Position numbers and translations under genes: made by a program. Under the pieces are notes generated by a model, which worked only from the letters and a program-made list of their open reading frames with translations, was not told the origin of the DNA and did no database searches. Positions 18,180 through 25,793 of a stretch of 64,000 nucleotides of DNA are shown in pieces; the stretch's first letter is position 1; the number at the start of each line of letters is the position of its first letter. The DNA is from Candidatus Acidiferrales bacterium (GTDB lineage Bacteria; Bacteroidota; Ignavibacteria; Kryptoniales; JAKASW01), in the NCBI GenBank assembly GCA_035515795.1, contig DATJAY010000039.1, positions 142,964 to 206,963 on the forward strand, read 5' to 3'.

Positions 18180-19379
18180 TTATTTGTTTGCTTCCGTCAT
18201 CTTGTTGTTTTCTTCATCAAGGGAGTATTCCTTGCTGGAGGATGTCCCATTATCACTGTAGGTCAGTATAATTGAAGGATTATGAGGCACGTCGCCGGCG
18301 TCACAGCGCATGGCCGCCCACCCAGTATCTTTTTTCTTCAGCATCTCTTTCGGGTAATACTCGATCGATGTGATCTGCGGCGAGCTTATTCCGACATTTT
18401 TGATCTCATCACCCTCGTTTACAAAATAAATAGAAAGGTCCTTTTGATTTCTGTGCGCGCGGAGTAATCTCAGTTTTGGAACGACGGGAACATTTAGTGC
18501 CGGACCTGCAGAAGAATTCTCGCGGGTTGGGATCGTACCTTTATTTTCGTATGATTTGACCGACTCAGGATTGTCGACCCGATCGGGTTGAGATTGTGGA
18601 TCTAACGGAATTCCTTTTTCGTATGCCTTCACAAGATAATCCAGCTGAGTGTCGTCCTTGTCTGAAATCCGATTCTCTCTGTAGTCGTTCCGCTTGTCAA
18701 ACTCATATTTCACAGGTGAATTCAATTTTCTCTTCCGTCTGTTCCATAAATCCACTATTGAAGAATCATAGCTGGCTACTTTTTGGAACCGCAACAACAG
18801 GAAACCGAGTCCCACACCTGCGAAGAATCCGCCGAGATGTGCCCAATGTGCTATGTGGTCGCCGCCCGCCGCAACTCCGATGAAGTCAAAGACAAGCCAC
18901 ATCAGGATTGTCCAAAAACTTCGCGGCGACAATCTGATGGGTGCTAGCCAAACAAAGAGCAGAATTTTCAGTGGAACTCCCGGAAAAAGTACCAGCGACA
19001 TTCCTACGATGCCATTAATCGCCCCGCTCGCACCCACGGCGCTTCCGTCGCTGAGAGCAAGGTGTGCCATGGATGCGGCAATGCCGAGTCCGACATAGAT
19101 CACCGGATACCATTTGTTGCCCACGACGGAATTAACTGCATTCCCAAACACCCAGAGGACCAGCATGTTTCCGATCAGGTGAAGCCAGCTGGCATGCAGA
19201 AGGAGATTTCCGATCAGTCCCATCGGGTTCATATCCCGCAGCACCATCTCGTTGAATACGGAATAGGGAAGAGCGCCCGTAATTTCAAAAATGAAGAATG
19301 TGATGGTAATCCCGATGATGATGGCGTTTGCTACCGGCGCGAAGACGTACTTGAAATCCAATCTGGTGGGAATAATCAT
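18180..19379 (-). CDS. Rhomboid family intramembrane serine protease with a ~200-aa C-terminal extension
   Basis: 399 aa. Motifs HASWLHLIGNMLVLWVFG, GASGAINGIVG (catalytic GxSG) and HWAHLGGFFAG (catalytic His). Residues ~200-399 match no family I recognise. Confidence 0.85.
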   Translation of the reverse strand: MIIPTRLDFKYVFAPVANAIIIGITITFFIFEITGALPYSVFNEMVLRDMNPMGLIGNLLLHASWLHLIGNMLVLWVFGNAVNSVVGNKWYPVIYVGLGIAASMAHLALSDGSAVGASGAINGIVGMSLVLFPGVPLKILLFVWLAPIRLSPRSFWTILMWLVFDFIGVAAGGDHIAHWAHLGGFFAGVGLGFLLLRFQKVASYDSSIVDLWNRRKRKLNSPVKYEFDKRNDYRENRISDKDDTQLDYLVKAYEKGIPLDPQSQPDRVDNPESVKSYENKGTIPTRENSSAGPALNVPVVPKLRLLRAHRNQKDLSIYFVNEGDEIKNVGISSPQITSIEYYPKEMLKKKDTGWAAMRCDAGDVPHNPSIILTYSDNGTSSSKEYSLDEENNKMTEANK

Positions 19380-19655
19380 TTAGTTTTCCGCATGTCTAAT
19401 CTAAGCTGTCTTGAGATTGAGCCACCTTGTTGAAAATAATTTAAAATCGTCATATCAAAAAAACAAAGAGAATTAGTGTTGGTAGGATGCCTGCCAAAGT
19501 GAATTCTCGATATGAAAATCGCGGCCTTTTTCGGAAAAATATCTTTGGTTTTTCCGGCAACGATTTCGTGTAAGGTTTTGTTTTATTCTACGTCAAATCC
19601 TATGCAGTCAATGATTTCGTTCAATGATACAGAATTATAAAGATGAGGATACAAA

Positions 19656-21419
19656 ATGCTTGTACTACTTGGATTCGCGTTTCTTGCCGGACTCGTGACA
19701 ATTCTTGCGCCGTGTATCTGGCCGATCCTACCCATAGTCCTTTCGTCGTCTATCGCAGGTGAGGGGCATCGGAAGCCTCTTGGCATCACGCTCGGCATTA
19801 TGCTTAGCTTTGCTTTCTTCACACTTGCTATTTCCTATTTGGTGAAAGCGTTTCATTTCGACCCGGACTTCCTGCGATTTGTCGCGATCATAATTATCGG
19901 AATTTTAGGATTGTCGATGGTAATCCCGGCGCTGTCAAGGTTTGTGGAAGGTCTCATCAGCAGGATCAGCGGATTGCTCGGACAAGGGTCGAGGCAGGGG
20001 AGCGGATTTGTGGCGGGCTTCATCGCCGGGATGTCACTTGGGGTTGTTTGGTCGCCGTGCGCAGGGCCAATTCTAGCAGCAATTGCAGCGCTCGCGGCCA
20101 CGGGAAAGGTAACCATCAGCGTTGTACTTGTCACTCTCGCTTATGTCGCTGGCGTGGGGATCCCTCTGTTCATTTTTGCCTATGGTGGACGACAAGTGGT
20201 TACGCGGACGCGTTTTCTTTCTCGCTACACGGGCAGGATACAACAGCTGTTCGGTATAGTGATGATTCTCACTGCGGTTGGAATTTATACGAATTACGAC
20301 AGGCTGATCGAAACAAAACTCTTGAATGAATTCCCACAAATTGGCGCAGCCCTAAACCAATTCGAGAGCAGCAAAACGGTTTCTGATCAGCTCGACCTCC
20401 TGAAAGGGAACAAATCGGCAAACGACGATCCTGCTTCGGCGGCACCAGTCCGCTCAACCGAGAACGCATCTTATTTCAACGCAAACACTCCGGCCCCGGA
20501 TTTTGTCGGCATTACAGGATGGCTGAACACAGATTCGCCATTATCGATAAAGGACCTGAAGGGCAAAGTAGTCCTCGTCGATTTCTGGACATACACCTGT
20601 ATCAACTGCATCCGCACCCTTCCGCACGTGATATCATGGTACGATAAATATAAAGACAGAGGGTTCGTCGTTGTCGGAGTACATACGCCCGAGTTCCAGT
20701 TCGAGCACAATACGAACAACGTCCAGGATGCGATAAAGATGTACAATATTCATTATCCCGTCGCACAGGATAACGATTACTCAACCTGGAACAACTATAA
20801 CAACGAATATTGGCCCGCCGAGTACCTTGTCGATGCCTCTGGAAATATCAGGAGGACACATTTCGGTGAAGGTCAGTACGATGAAATGGAGATGGCGATA
20901 AGAACGCTCTTGAAGGAGAACGGTCAACCCATTTCAGAAACTACGGACGATCTGCCAGACCAAACCCCGACGGGCGTCCAGTCACCGGAAACCTATTTGG
21001 GCGCTGGACGAATGGAGTATTACTATGATGGTGGGAATACCGGTACCGTAGATAAGAAGTTTACGCTGGCAGATAATCTACGCCGAGATTCTTTCAGCTT
21101 CGGAGGGAACTGGAACGTCGAGAAAGAATTTGCGGTCGCAGGAAAGGATGCGGTGCTCGATTATGATTTCTTCGCCGACAAGGTATTTCTTGTCCTTCGT
21201 CCAGGAAACGCAGGTTCCATGGCGAGAGTTAAGGTGTTATTGGACGGTAGACCGGTCGACGATTCGAATGCCGGCGCAGATACTAATGATGGAGAAGTAA
21301 CGGTAGACGCCGACAGACTCTACAACTTGATAAACCTTAGAGGAAAGGCGGGCCATCATGTCCTCCATCTCCGGTTCGAGACGCCGGGAATCGAAGCATT
21401 CGCATTTACATTTGGGTGA
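19656..21419 (+). CDS. CcdA/DsbD-like thiol:disulfide electron transporter fused to an exported thioredoxin-like domain (DipZ-type)
   Basis: 587 aa. Membrane Cys motifs LAPCIWPILP and WSPCAGPIL, periplasmic redoxin motif DFWTYTCINCIRTLPH, and a C-terminal ~200-aa DipZ-like domain. Confidence 0.88.
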   Translation: MLVLLGFAFLAGLVTILAPCIWPILPIVLSSSIAGEGHRKPLGITLGIMLSFAFFTLAISYLVKAFHFDPDFLRFVAIIIIGILGLSMVIPALSRFVEGLISRISGLLGQGSRQGSGFVAGFIAGMSLGVVWSPCAGPILAAIAALAATGKVTISVVLVTLAYVAGVGIPLFIFAYGGRQVVTRTRFLSRYTGRIQQLFGIVMILTAVGIYTNYDRLIETKLLNEFPQIGAALNQFESSKTVSDQLDLLKGNKSANDDPASAAPVRSTENASYFNANTPAPDFVGITGWLNTDSPLSIKDLKGKVVLVDFWTYTCINCIRTLPHVISWYDKYKDRGFVVVGVHTPEFQFEHNTNNVQDAIKMYNIHYPVAQDNDYSTWNNYNNEYWPAEYLVDASGNIRRTHFGEGQYDEMEMAIRTLLKENGQPISETTDDLPDQTPTGVQSPETYLGAGRMEYYYDGGNTGTVDKKFTLADNLRRDSFSFGGNWNVEKEFAVAGKDAVLDYDFFADKVFLVLRPGNAGSMARVKVLLDGRPVDDSNAGADTNDGEVTVDADRLYNLINLRGKAGHHVLHLRFETPGIEAFAFTFG

Positions 21420-21436
21420 AAATGAGGAGAGAAAAT

Positions 21437-21970
21437 ATGAAAAAGAAGTTGCCGTTTGCATCACTGGTTGTGGTTCTTGGAGTACTTGGAATAATGCTGT
21501 ACCGTCATCCACACACCTCTGAGTCAGGTCCGGTTTCGGGTAACGGAAGAATCCTTTCGGGATCCTTCGACAGCACGAAGTTCAAGACAGATTCGCAATG
21601 GAAGAAGATCCTTACTCCTGTGCAGTACTACATTTTGAGAGAAGCCGGCACGGAGGCTCCCTTCACGGGAGCTCTGGATCACGAGTTTGGCAAAGGAATC
21701 TATCTCAGTGGTGCGACGCGCGAACCCGTGTTCAACTCAAATCAGAAGTTTAATTCCGGCACGGGATGGCCGAGCTTCTGGGCACCTATCAAACCGGACG
21801 CTGTTGTTCTTCGGTGGGATTACAGCCTTCCCGGAGAACCGCGAATTGAAGTGTTAGACAAGAGTGGAAGTCATCTCGGTCACGTGTTCGATGATGGTCC
21901 ACCACCGACAGGAAAGCGTTACTGCATAAACTCGGCCGCATTGATATTCGTGCCGGATACTACGAAATGA
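21437..21970 (+). CDS. msrB: Exported peptide-methionine (R)-S-oxide reductase MsrB (zinc-less, single-Cys form)
   Basis: Motifs REAGTEAPFTG, GTGWPSF, HLGHVFDDGPPPTGKRYCINS. N-terminal signal/anchor MKKKLPFASLVVVLGVLGIML. ATG 21437 with a GGAGAG RBS (track start GTG 21416). Confidence 0.9.
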   Translation: MKKKLPFASLVVVLGVLGIMLYRHPHTSESGPVSGNGRILSGSFDSTKFKTDSQWKKILTPVQYYILREAGTEAPFTGALDHEFGKGIYLSGATREPVFNSNQKFNSGTGWPSFWAPIKPDAVVLRWDYSLPGEPRIEVLDKSGSHLGHVFDDGPPPTGKRYCINSAALIFVPDTTK

Positions 21971-22005
21971 ATTTTACCGAATAAAAACAAAAGAGGAGAT
22001 ACAAA

Positions 22006-22272
22006 ATGAAAAAGATAGGCGCGTTCATTCTGGCAGTGTTGGTCATGATGACCGGGACAACGCTCGCGCAGGAGATGAAGCAAATGAAACCTGCAATGAC
22101 AAAATCGGATACTTCGATGATGAACAAGAGCATGAAGAAATCATCGATGAAGAGAATGAAGATGAAGAAGTCTTCAAAGAACATGAAGATGAAATCTTCG
22201 AAAAAGGATTCGACCATGATGAACAAGAAGATGATGATGAAGGGGAAGAATCCAAAGCCTTCAATGGATTAA
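22006..22272 (+). CDS. Secreted methionine/lysine-rich peptide (MXKDX-repeat-like)
   Basis: 88 aa. Signal peptide MKKIGAFILAVLVMMTGTTLA. The predicted 67-aa mature part has 17 Met and 20 Lys (hand count) and no Cys or aromatics. AGGAGA RBS; lies 35 nt after msrB. Confidence 0.7.
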   Translation: MKKIGAFILAVLVMMTGTTLAQEMKQMKPAMTKSDTSMMNKSMKKSSMKRMKMKKSSKNMKMKSSKKDSTMMNKKMMMKGKNPKPSMD

Positions 22273-22297
22273 GCAAGAAAACCTAGCTCACTCTGCG

Positions 22298-22321
22298 TCC
22301 CTCTCCTTCACGGGAGAGGGA
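22298..22321 (+). terminator. 9-bp GC-rich hairpin after the Met-rich peptide gene (possible terminator, no U-tract)
   Basis: TCCCTCTCC-ttcacg-GGAGAGGGA, 26 nt after the stop codon. Followed by ATGGGGGCG rather than a T-run. Confidence 0.3.
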
Positions 22322-22360
22322 ATGGGGGCGATGTTCTCTAAAGGTTCCCCACCGTCAGCT

Positions 22361-22387
22361 TGTCAATTTCCATACATAACTCACGTC
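22361..22387 (+). promoter_or_regulatory. Speculative ECF-type promoter (TGTCAA-N17-CGTC)
   Basis: Resembles the TGTCGA / CGTC -35/-10 pattern I recall for DGPF-associated ECF42 sigma factors. It is ~265 nt upstream of the first YciI gene. Single occurrence, so weak. Confidence 0.2.
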
Positions 22388-22652
22388 TCCAGCGGAGAAT
22401 CGTCCTCTATATATTCATCTCTCTAAATTTCTCCAGATTTGAACCGAAATTATGCAGCTCTACTATTTATTGTGTTGGACAATGAGATTTCTATGTACGG
22501 CAGGCAAAAAGTTTTTGAATTTACACGTCCAAATTTCCTGAGTCCATTCGTTGTTATGGTAGAGTTCGGAAAATATACGGAGCGCCTTCCACAAAAACTC
22601 GTAATTGGAGCCGCAGGCGTTTAAGATTGAATTAGAGAAAAGAGGAAACAAG

Positions 22653-22991
22653 ATGAAGGATTATTTGTTGCTATTTAGAAGCGGAATTGACCTCAAGTCA
22701 GTATCACCTGAACAACTTCAAAATCAGATGATGAAATGGCAGAGATGGCTTGGCGGGCTCGAAAAGGAGAAAAGGCTTGTCACCGGTCAGCGCCTGACGC
22801 CCGGAGGCAGGGTGCTCACCAGCGCAAAAAAGGAAGCCATTGACGGTCCGTATTCCGAAGGAAAAGAAGTCATCGGCGGATACCAGATGATTAAAGCCAA
22901 AAGTCTTGATGATGCTGTTGAGCTCGCGAGAGGCTGTCCGATTTTTGATCTCGGCGGAAGCGTCGAAGTCAGAGAAACAATGGTTAACTAG
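22653..22991 (+). CDS. YciI/DGPF family protein, paralog 1
   Basis: 112 aa from ATG 22653. Motifs MKDYLLLFR, DGPYSEGKEVIGGY, GCPIF and VEVRE shared with the other two paralogs. Confidence 0.85.
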   Translation: MKDYLLLFRSGIDLKSVSPEQLQNQMMKWQRWLGGLEKEKRLVTGQRLTPGGRVLTSAKKEAIDGPYSEGKEVIGGYQMIKAKSLDDAVELARGCPIFDLGGSVEVRETMVN

Positions 22992-23034
22992 ACAAACCAG
23001 TCAAGGTTAGTAACAAAATATCAGAGGTGACATT

Positions 23035-23652
23035 ATGAATACGCAAATAGCAAATAGTTATCTAAAGAAAGTAAACACCGTTAGCGCGGATGAACCGTTT
23101 CTCCTTCCAGTGGAGAAGCCTAAGAATATACTCATGAAGATGGTGTATTACTTCACTCGGAAACAATTTGGTAAAGTCATGACACCACTCAGCGTAGGTT
23201 CCGTCCGATTGCCTATTGCGTTTGGGATGTTCTATGGAAAGGTATCGAAGTTGGACAAGAAGCTGGCCCTGCCTGAAGAGACCGCTATGCTTATACGCCA
23301 ACAAGTGGCAAGAATCAACGTCTGCCTTTTCTGCATGGACATCAGCCGATATTACATGATTCAGAAATCGATGAACATAGAGAAGTTCGACGCCCTGGAC
23401 GAATACAAGACGAGCTCGCTCTTCACCGACGCGGAGCGAGCTACGCTGGATTACGTGACCGAGCTGACAAAGAACAAGAATGCCGATCCGGAACTCTTTG
23501 CTCGTATGGCAAAATATTATTCGGAACGAGAGATCTGCGAAATCATGTGGCTCGTCGCAAGCGAGCATCTCTACAACCTGACCAACATCGGCCTGAACAT
23601 ACATTCAGACATGCTTTGTGACATCTCAAAAAAGAAAAAGGCGGACAGATGA
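23035..23652 (+). CDS. Carboxymuconolactone decarboxylase / AhpD-like family protein
   Basis: 205 aa. RINVCLFCMDISRYY (CxxC in the AhpD-like helix) and ERATLDYVTELT, typical of CMD-domain proteins. Confidence 0.8.
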   Translation: MNTQIANSYLKKVNTVSADEPFLLPVEKPKNILMKMVYYFTRKQFGKVMTPLSVGSVRLPIAFGMFYGKVSKLDKKLALPEETAMLIRQQVARINVCLFCMDISRYYMIQKSMNIEKFDALDEYKTSSLFTDAERATLDYVTELTKNKNADPELFARMAKYYSEREICEIMWLVASEHLYNLTNIGLNIHSDMLCDISKKKKADR

Positions 23653-23837
23653 GAGCGAAGATCGTAAGCCATTGGGCAACCACGATACTTCTTATCGCCG
23701 TCATCATGCTCATTTCATGGGCACTTCGCCCGCGAAGCCGTACGCTTGGGGTCCTATTTCCTACGGCAAAAGGCGAATTAGGCAACACTATGAATAGTAT
23801 GAGTACAATGAAATTAAAGGAGGACTTAGGAGGATGA
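23649..23837 (+). CDS. Small single-pass membrane protein (62 aa), translationally coupled on both sides
   Basis: ATGA overlap with the upstream stop (23649-23652) and ATGA overlap with the downstream start (23834-23837). TM helix WATTILLIAVIMLISWAL flanked by K and RPRSR. Confidence 0.5.
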   Translation: MRAKIVSHWATTILLIAVIMLISWALRPRSRTLGVLFPTAKGELGNTMNSMSTMKLKEDLGG

Positions 23838-24199
23838 GCAAGGCATCGACCAGAAAAACCGTCACGAGGTATTACGACGGCGTCAAGAAGAAAAACGGGT
23901 GGGAGTCAGTAATCTCCGATGATATGCTGTTCACCATGGGGAAGCAGACGACAAAGGACAAATCGAGCTACGTGGAAATTACCGGCAGGTTTCTTCGTGC
24001 CGTCACCGATTCAAATGTGAAAGAGATGATCATTGATGGAGACAAGGCTTGCGTGGTGGTCGCGTACGATCTTATGTCACCAAAGGGGAACACTTCGACC
24101 AAGGACGTTGTTGAAATCTTGAAGATCGACGGCGACAAGATCGCCGCCTCAACAATATTTTTCGATACCGAGGATTTCAAAATGTTCATGGCTGATTAA
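23834..24199 (+). CDS. SnoaL-like / NTF2-fold protein
   Basis: 121 aa. Size and alpha+beta cone pattern (VTRYYDGVKKKN..., ..GDKIAASTIFFD) typical of the ketosteroid-isomerase-like fold. Family-level call only. Confidence 0.7.
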   Translation: MSKASTRKTVTRYYDGVKKKNGWESVISDDMLFTMGKQTTKDKSSYVEITGRFLRAVTDSNVKEMIIDGDKACVVVAYDLMSPKGNTSTKDVVEILKIDGDKIAASTIFFDTEDFKMFMAD

Positions 24200-24210
24200 C
24201 GGGAGTAACC

Positions 24211-24558
24211 GTGGCATGTAATGAAGAGCTTACTATGCGTGTTAGAGAAGCGCTGGCACACGTGAGAAAAGTTGAAGAGAAGAGAATGTTTCGCGGAGTC
24301 ACCTTCATGGTTAACGGCAAGATGTGCGTGAGCGCTGGCGACAATAAGATAATGTGCCGTATAGATCCGTCAGTTTATGAGTCAGTGCTTAGAAGGAGTG
24401 GATGTAGTCCCGTCATTATGAAAGGGCGTGAGTATAGGGGATTCGTTTACGTCGATGAAGATGCGATAAAAAGTAAGAGAGACTTCGACTATTGGATAGG
24501 CCTCGCGCTCGAATTCAATAAGAGGGCGAAAGCGTCCAGGAACAATAGAAAGAGATAG
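24211..24558 (+). CDS. TfoX N-terminal domain protein
   Basis: 115 aa. MRVREALAHV..EKRMFRGVTFMVNGKMCV pattern of TfoX_N. GTG start (alternative ATG 24235). Confidence 0.8.
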   Translation: MACNEELTMRVREALAHVRKVEEKRMFRGVTFMVNGKMCVSAGDNKIMCRIDPSVYESVLRRSGCSPVIMKGREYRGFVYVDEDAIKSKRDFDYWIGLALEFNKRAKASRNNRKR

Positions 24559-24589
24559 TCAGCCATGATAGGAGAATTGTGAGGAAAAG

Positions 24590-24976
24590 ATGAAAGAATA
24601 CCTTTTGTTGTTTAGAGGCGGATACGACAGAATCGTTCAGCAGTCTCCGAAGGAGTTTTTAAGTCACATGGAAAAGTGGAAAAAATGGATGAAGGATTTG
24701 GAGTCGAAAGAAAACTTTGTAATTGCACAACCGCTGACTCAAGGTGGGAAAAAGGTTGCAGGAAAGAACAAGGCGGTGACGGATGGACCGTTCATGGAAG
24801 GCAAAGAAATTGTCGGTGGTTATCTTATCTGTAAAGCATATACATACGAAGGCGCAATTCAGATAGCTAATGGATGCCCAGTACTTGAGATTGGAGGCAT
24901 CGTCGAGGTCAGGGAAATTACAAAAATGGATTCGATAACGGCAACATACATGGCACAAAATGACACGACGCATTGA
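24590..24976 (+). CDS. YciI/DGPF family protein, paralog 2 (with ~14-aa C-terminal extension)
   Basis: 128 aa. Motifs MKEYLLLFR, DGPFMEGKEIVGGY, GCPVL and VEVRE, followed by an extra KMDSITATYMAQNDTTH tail. Confidence 0.85.
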   Translation: MKEYLLLFRGGYDRIVQQSPKEFLSHMEKWKKWMKDLESKENFVIAQPLTQGGKKVAGKNKAVTDGPFMEGKEIVGGYLICKAYTYEGAIQIANGCPVLEIGGIVEVREITKMDSITATYMAQNDTTH

Positions 24977-25649
24977 TTACTCCGGCGGCACCGCAGTCTC
25001 CTTACGTCAACGAAAAGGAAACCCGCGGCATACGCACCACCCCGATTGGAACGACAGTTACGCTCAAGACTTTGTGCCATGGGACACCGGCAAGCCGGAT
25101 CCACTCTTGACGTCGTTTGTAGAGTCCGGGCGTGTCAGACCCGGGCTAACGCTCGAGGTAGGATGTGGAACGGGGACCAACGCCCTGTGGCTGGCAGGAC
25201 GCAGGTTCGATGTCCTCGGCATAGACGTGGCGCCGCTTGCCGTGGATAAGGCACGCGCCAAACAGGGCAGGACGATGGGATGTCGGTTCGAGACCATGGA
25301 CTTTCTCGCCGCGCCGCCGCAGGGACAGTTTGATTTCGTTTTCGACCGCGGCTGCTTCCACACCTTCGACGAAGCCGAAGATCGCACTCGCTTCGCCGCG
25401 CACGTAGCCGGTCTGCTTAAGCCGGAAGGAATGTGGCTGAGTCTCATCGGAAGCACTGAAGGCCCGGCGCGCGAAGTGGGCCCGCGCCGACGCAGTGCTC
25501 TTGAGGTGGTGGCGGCAATCGAGCCGGTGCTGGAGATCGTCGAACTCCGCGCCGACGCTTTCCACACGCGAGGTGAGTCGCCCAAGGCGTGGTTCTGCCT
25601 CTCGCGCCAGCGTAGAATGCCGGCGCAGCCGTCGACCCGCCACGATTGA
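24960..25649 (+). CDS. Class I SAM-dependent methyltransferase (TPMT/TehB-like), GC-rich
   Basis: 229 aa. Motif I LEVGCGTGTNALWLA and post-I VLGIDVAPLAV. Sample lines hand-counted at about 57-65% GC versus 40-50% in the flanks. Overlaps the YciI-2 end by 17 nt. Confidence 0.8.
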   Translation: MTRRIDYSGGTAVSLRQRKGNPRHTHHPDWNDSYAQDFVPWDTGKPDPLLTSFVESGRVRPGLTLEVGCGTGTNALWLAGRRFDVLGIDVAPLAVDKARAKQGRTMGCRFETMDFLAAPPQGQFDFVFDRGCFHTFDEAEDRTRFAAHVAGLLKPEGMWLSLIGSTEGPAREVGPRRRSALEVVAAIEPVLEIVELRADAFHTRGESPKAWFCLSRQRRMPAQPSTRHD

Positions 25650-25793
25650 GCAACACTGGCCAACTGACACAAAGCCTGCTCATGAGCATAGCGATTGGAT
25701 CGATTTTGGGCGTGAAGTGATTTGCACGAGCGTAGGTGCCACTTTGCGGGCATATACGTAATTTGAAACATTAAATCATATGAGGAGATTTAC

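Noticed and set aside
21960-22276. 88-aa and 77-aa minus-strand ORFs opposite the Met-rich peptide gene
   Set aside because: They are low-complexity mirror frames of the ATGAAG-rich repeat (Phe/Ile/Ser runs). The + strand ORF has a signal peptide and an RBS, and the minus frames have neither.
22439-22651. 61-aa (+) and 62-aa (-) ORFs in the 380-nt gap
   Set aside because: They are mutually antisense, have no RBS and no recognisable features, and have AT-rich intergenic composition. They are treated as non-coding.
25064-25771. 235-aa and 174-aa minus-strand ORFs over the GC-rich methyltransferase
   Set aside because: High GC suppresses stop codons in all frames. The + strand frame carries clear SAM-methyltransferase motifs. 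The antisense products are Arg/Ser/Ala-rich with no motif.
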